Shown: positions 60,568-64,000 of the stretch, in pieces
Layout: every line of letters starts with the position of its first letter
How positions within the stretch are numbered: position 1 is the first letter of the stretch
Source: Octopus sinensis
Lineage: Eukaryota
Direction: 5' to 3'
Length of the DNA stretch: 64,000 nt
Assembly (NCBI RefSeq): GCF_006345805.1
Contig: NC_042997.1
Location: forward strand, 82,212,001 to 82,276,000
The notes under the pieces: generated by a model
What the model was told of the DNA's origin: nothing
The model's database searches: none
What the model saw: the letters and a program-made list of their open reading frames with translations, nothing else
Made by a program: the position numbers and the translations under genes

Positions 60568-63500
60568 CTCTAGCTTTATTCAAAATTTAAAAGGAACAAG
60601 CAAGGGAGATAACTCTAATAAAATCAGCCCATTGAAATTTCTTGGAAAATAAGACGAGGCAGATGGGAATGAATTTTGTCTTTAAGGCCAACTTGTGAAA
60701 ATAACGCAAATGATTTGGTTACATTCCATCTCATCAGCAAAATATATTTTACTCGGCAATACTGAGAGATGATCAGTGTATTGAGAAATAGAGGGGATGG
60801 AAAGACACTGATTATAAATGCCAACAATATAACTCAGAGAAGCGTTTTGCATGCTAAATATACATAGTGTAGAGTCTCACATATGTAACACAGTGGGTTG
60901 AAAAGAAAAATGTGGCGAACTGACTGAATCGTTAATACGTCAAATTGCTTAGCAGCGTTTCTATCGGCTCTTTACGTTCTGAGTTCAAAATCCCGCCCAG
61001 ATCAACTTTTCCTTTTATCCTTTCGGAGTGGATAAAATAAGTAGCAGTCAAGTACTGAAGTAGATGAAACTAACTAGCCCCTTCCCCAAAAATTTCAGAC
61101 TTTTTATCTATAGTAAAAAGAAAGGAAAACTATTTCCATAACGTTCTGAGTTCAAATTCCGCCAAAGTCGACTTTACCATTTATCTTTTCAGGGTTGATA
61201 AAATAAGTACCAGTTGAGCACAGGGTCGATGCTACCATCTTAACCCTTCCCTAAAATTGCTGGCTTGTGCCAAAATTAGAAAGAAAGAATATATAGCGAG
61301 TTGAAAATCTTCGATGAACTGAGATTATTGATTCAGTTAGATGACGGTAGAGGTGTTCATAATTTAAAAGCAACAAGCAAGCGAATTATCGGCAGTAAAA
61401 TAAACGAATAGAAAAGTCTGGAAAATGTGACTCTGCACTGTTATGAGTTTAGTACGCTGAGGCACTTCCTTTAGGCCATGCTAATATTCACGAGAAAATT
61501 ACAGTAAAGTTGCGTGAAAACATTTTCGTAGAAAAAAAACTAAAAGTCTTACCTCTCATTGACCATATGATCTGTTACGCTCTGTGACTGTCTTTCGGAT
61601 AACGTATACTTGATTTCTGCACGAAAAGTAATTAATAATTGGGTAAACTAATATACTTCGTTATCAGACGTGGCATACAGACCATCATATAACTTGTTAA
61701 ACATATATCTTATGTGATGTCTCAATGCTGCACCTTCCCTGCTCCTTTTTTATGGTCTTTAGTAATACATTGGTGCCAGGAAACTGTCTATGAGCCCATA
61801 AACTGTTTAATTTTTGTTGTTCAAGTTCAGTTATTGTAAGAATACCATATATGACAAAAGTGTCCTTAATGTGACATAAATTGCAGTGGAAATTGTAACA
61901 AATCCAACAACTGACAGATTTAATAGACGAATTGAATTTTTTTCAATTTATGAACAATATCCTCAGTTGTGATGGACGACAAACGGACAACACCAGATGA
62001 AGTTTTAGTTAGTATATCATTTATACTTGCTGCAATCTTAATGAATAATTGTTTATGGACAGGCAAAGAATTGAGAATATTACATTTTTTTGAGTTAATG
62101 TGTCAATTGTGGCACCCCACTTGATAATATAAAATATATTAGTATCCTCTGGTTGCTTGTAGTTGTTAAAATTATTGCACCTCGTGTTCCCCCACAAAAA
62201 CACACAGGTTCTGCATTTGGGAGTCTGTGAAAATTCGTCTGCTATTTTCAGAGAATTATAGGAAACCGGAGTGGCTCACCAAAAAGGCAGAAACTGCAGG
62301 AACAGCAGTCAGTAAGTGCTAGGTGCCCAATATTTTGTCAGGACAGTAATAGGATAGTATATGCGTGAAATATAAACAAATATATTATTTTACAGAACTT
62401 TTTAACTGATATACATTTACTGATTAAGAAGTTGCTTCTGAAGTTCACAGGACGATCGAGTCTTTTCTCCCTAAATCTTTAATGATAACCCTTATTTCTA
62501 ATCATAAGAATAGTATTATCATCTTGTATAGCTTTTAATTTTCGGGTTATTTTCTGGCGTCATTTTGACATTTGCGGTAGGTGGCAGAGTAGTTGCATAG
62601 AAACGAGAATTTCCTTTATCAATGTAAAAAGTTCGTTCGTTTTTCTGCTTTTCTTAATTTCTCTCCACTAATGCGGAGAAAGGTTAACATGGCTGGTGTA
62701 GGAACATGGTGTTATCTGCATAATTAAAACAGCGAGATAAAGTTAGATATGACATACACATTGCGTTTTTATTCTTCTCGTCCGTTTTACGAATCCAGTG
62801 TGCACATGAGCATTGCGTGTTCATACTTCTCTTTCTGGTTCCAACTCAAAATTGTTTATAAGTTACAACCATCTTGCGGACCTGCGGTCATGAGGAGCGC
62901 TTCGAGCTCCGATGTTTGTGTAATGATCAACGTTACTATATTCCCTCTATTTCATTTTATATACACTGCAGATAGTAGAATATGCTTCACTAAGAAAATC
63001 TAAGAGATCGAAATATATCCGTAACTTTCCCCAAGTGGTTGTAAAGAGGTGCAGACCAATCTGTTTCGCCTTATTTTTTTTAAATTTATTTTATAGCAGT
63101 TATCTCCCTTGTTATTTTAGAAAACTACAGAAACAAGGTAAGACATCATTAGAGCAGACCATCACTACCAGGACAATTAAATCATTGTCCTCTTGATCCA
63201 AATGTGGTATCCTCTATGCAATCGCTTGACATGCTATAAATAACAGCTAAGTCTCCCTCAAATAACACTCTGCCGTCTTTACAAAATAGAAAGGCACGTT
63301 TGATCATTTGAATCTAGGACATTTTACCCCCACCCCAGGACAATTACCCCTGAGGACAACAGATGATGATTTAAAACTTCTTAATATATTGGAAAGGGAA
63401 TAATTAACCAAGGGGTGGGGGTAATTGTCCTAGGGGGTAGTTGCCGTCAGGGGAATTGTTCTAAGGGAGCGTAATTGTCCTGACACGAATAATTTAGTCC

Positions 63501-64000
63501 TACACCTCAAATTAACTCAGGCTGGTCGTGTATGGAACACCTTTGATCATTCGTCTCGGCTCTATCTGACCTGGGGTTAAAGAACAACAAGAATCTCAAC
63601 TCACTTTTGAATTAACAAACTCTCGGGATCTTTTCATTTCCAAGGCCTGTTTTTTCAGATTTTTCCTACTTAACCAAACAATTTGAAACTTCGTATACTG
63701 GTAGAATGTGTCAAAAGAAAACATAATTGTAAACCAGAATGAAAACGGAATTGTAATTTCAAAGTTTAACGTTGTTTAATAATTAGAATTTTAACCAATG
63801 GTATTCGGTCTTTCGGCTTCATATTATTTATTCCGTCTCAATAGACGTAAACGGCTATTTTGCTGACGTATTTAACATACGTGAAATGTAAACACTTGGT
63901 TACCGTATTCCTTCAGTTTCTATTCACATTTTTTTAATATATTATTAACTAACTTATATATTATATAACTAACTTAGTTTTTGTAAATTTTCGTATATTT

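Noticed and set aside
63411-63453. G-quadruplex candidate
   Set aside because: Long loops (11-12 nt), and it lies in a short inverted-repeat element (GGACAATTACCCC / GGGGTAATTGTCC); no supporting context.

Overview
This is repeat-dense, AT-rich eukaryotic genomic DNA, probably octopus or another cephalopod (inferred from the dominant tRNA-derived SINE and the microsatellite landscape; not verified by search). One intact host gene can be spliced directly from the sequence. It has 3 exons (12765-12992, 13866-14118, 15052-15821) and 416 codons, and encodes a signal peptide, a ~145-aa domain that may be an inactive lysozyme-like fold, and three 4-Cys chitin-binding (CBM14/peritrophin-A-like) repeats. 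A decayed, repeat-expanded paralogue lies at the window start. The rest is nested mobile DNA: Tx1/L1-like LINEs, an R4/Dong LINE in (TAA)n, RTE, several Penelope-like elements (PLEs), mariner, maT and Tigger fossils, Gypsy fragments, Helitrons, hAT MITEs and SINEs. The most notable patterns are: (1) recurring fold-back insertions carrying hammerhead-ribozyme motifs, including a tRNA-headed SINE with a hammerhead, inserted head-to-head with an asymmetric tail; (2) head-to-tail arrays of gag(ORF1)-only Tx1-like elements with a conserved junction motif and their own conserved C-terminal domain; (3) a solo LTR whose 4-bp target-site duplication and host transposase are split across ~23 kb in opposite orientation, implying an inversion. 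Boundaries of decayed elements are approximate, and family names come from motif recognition only.
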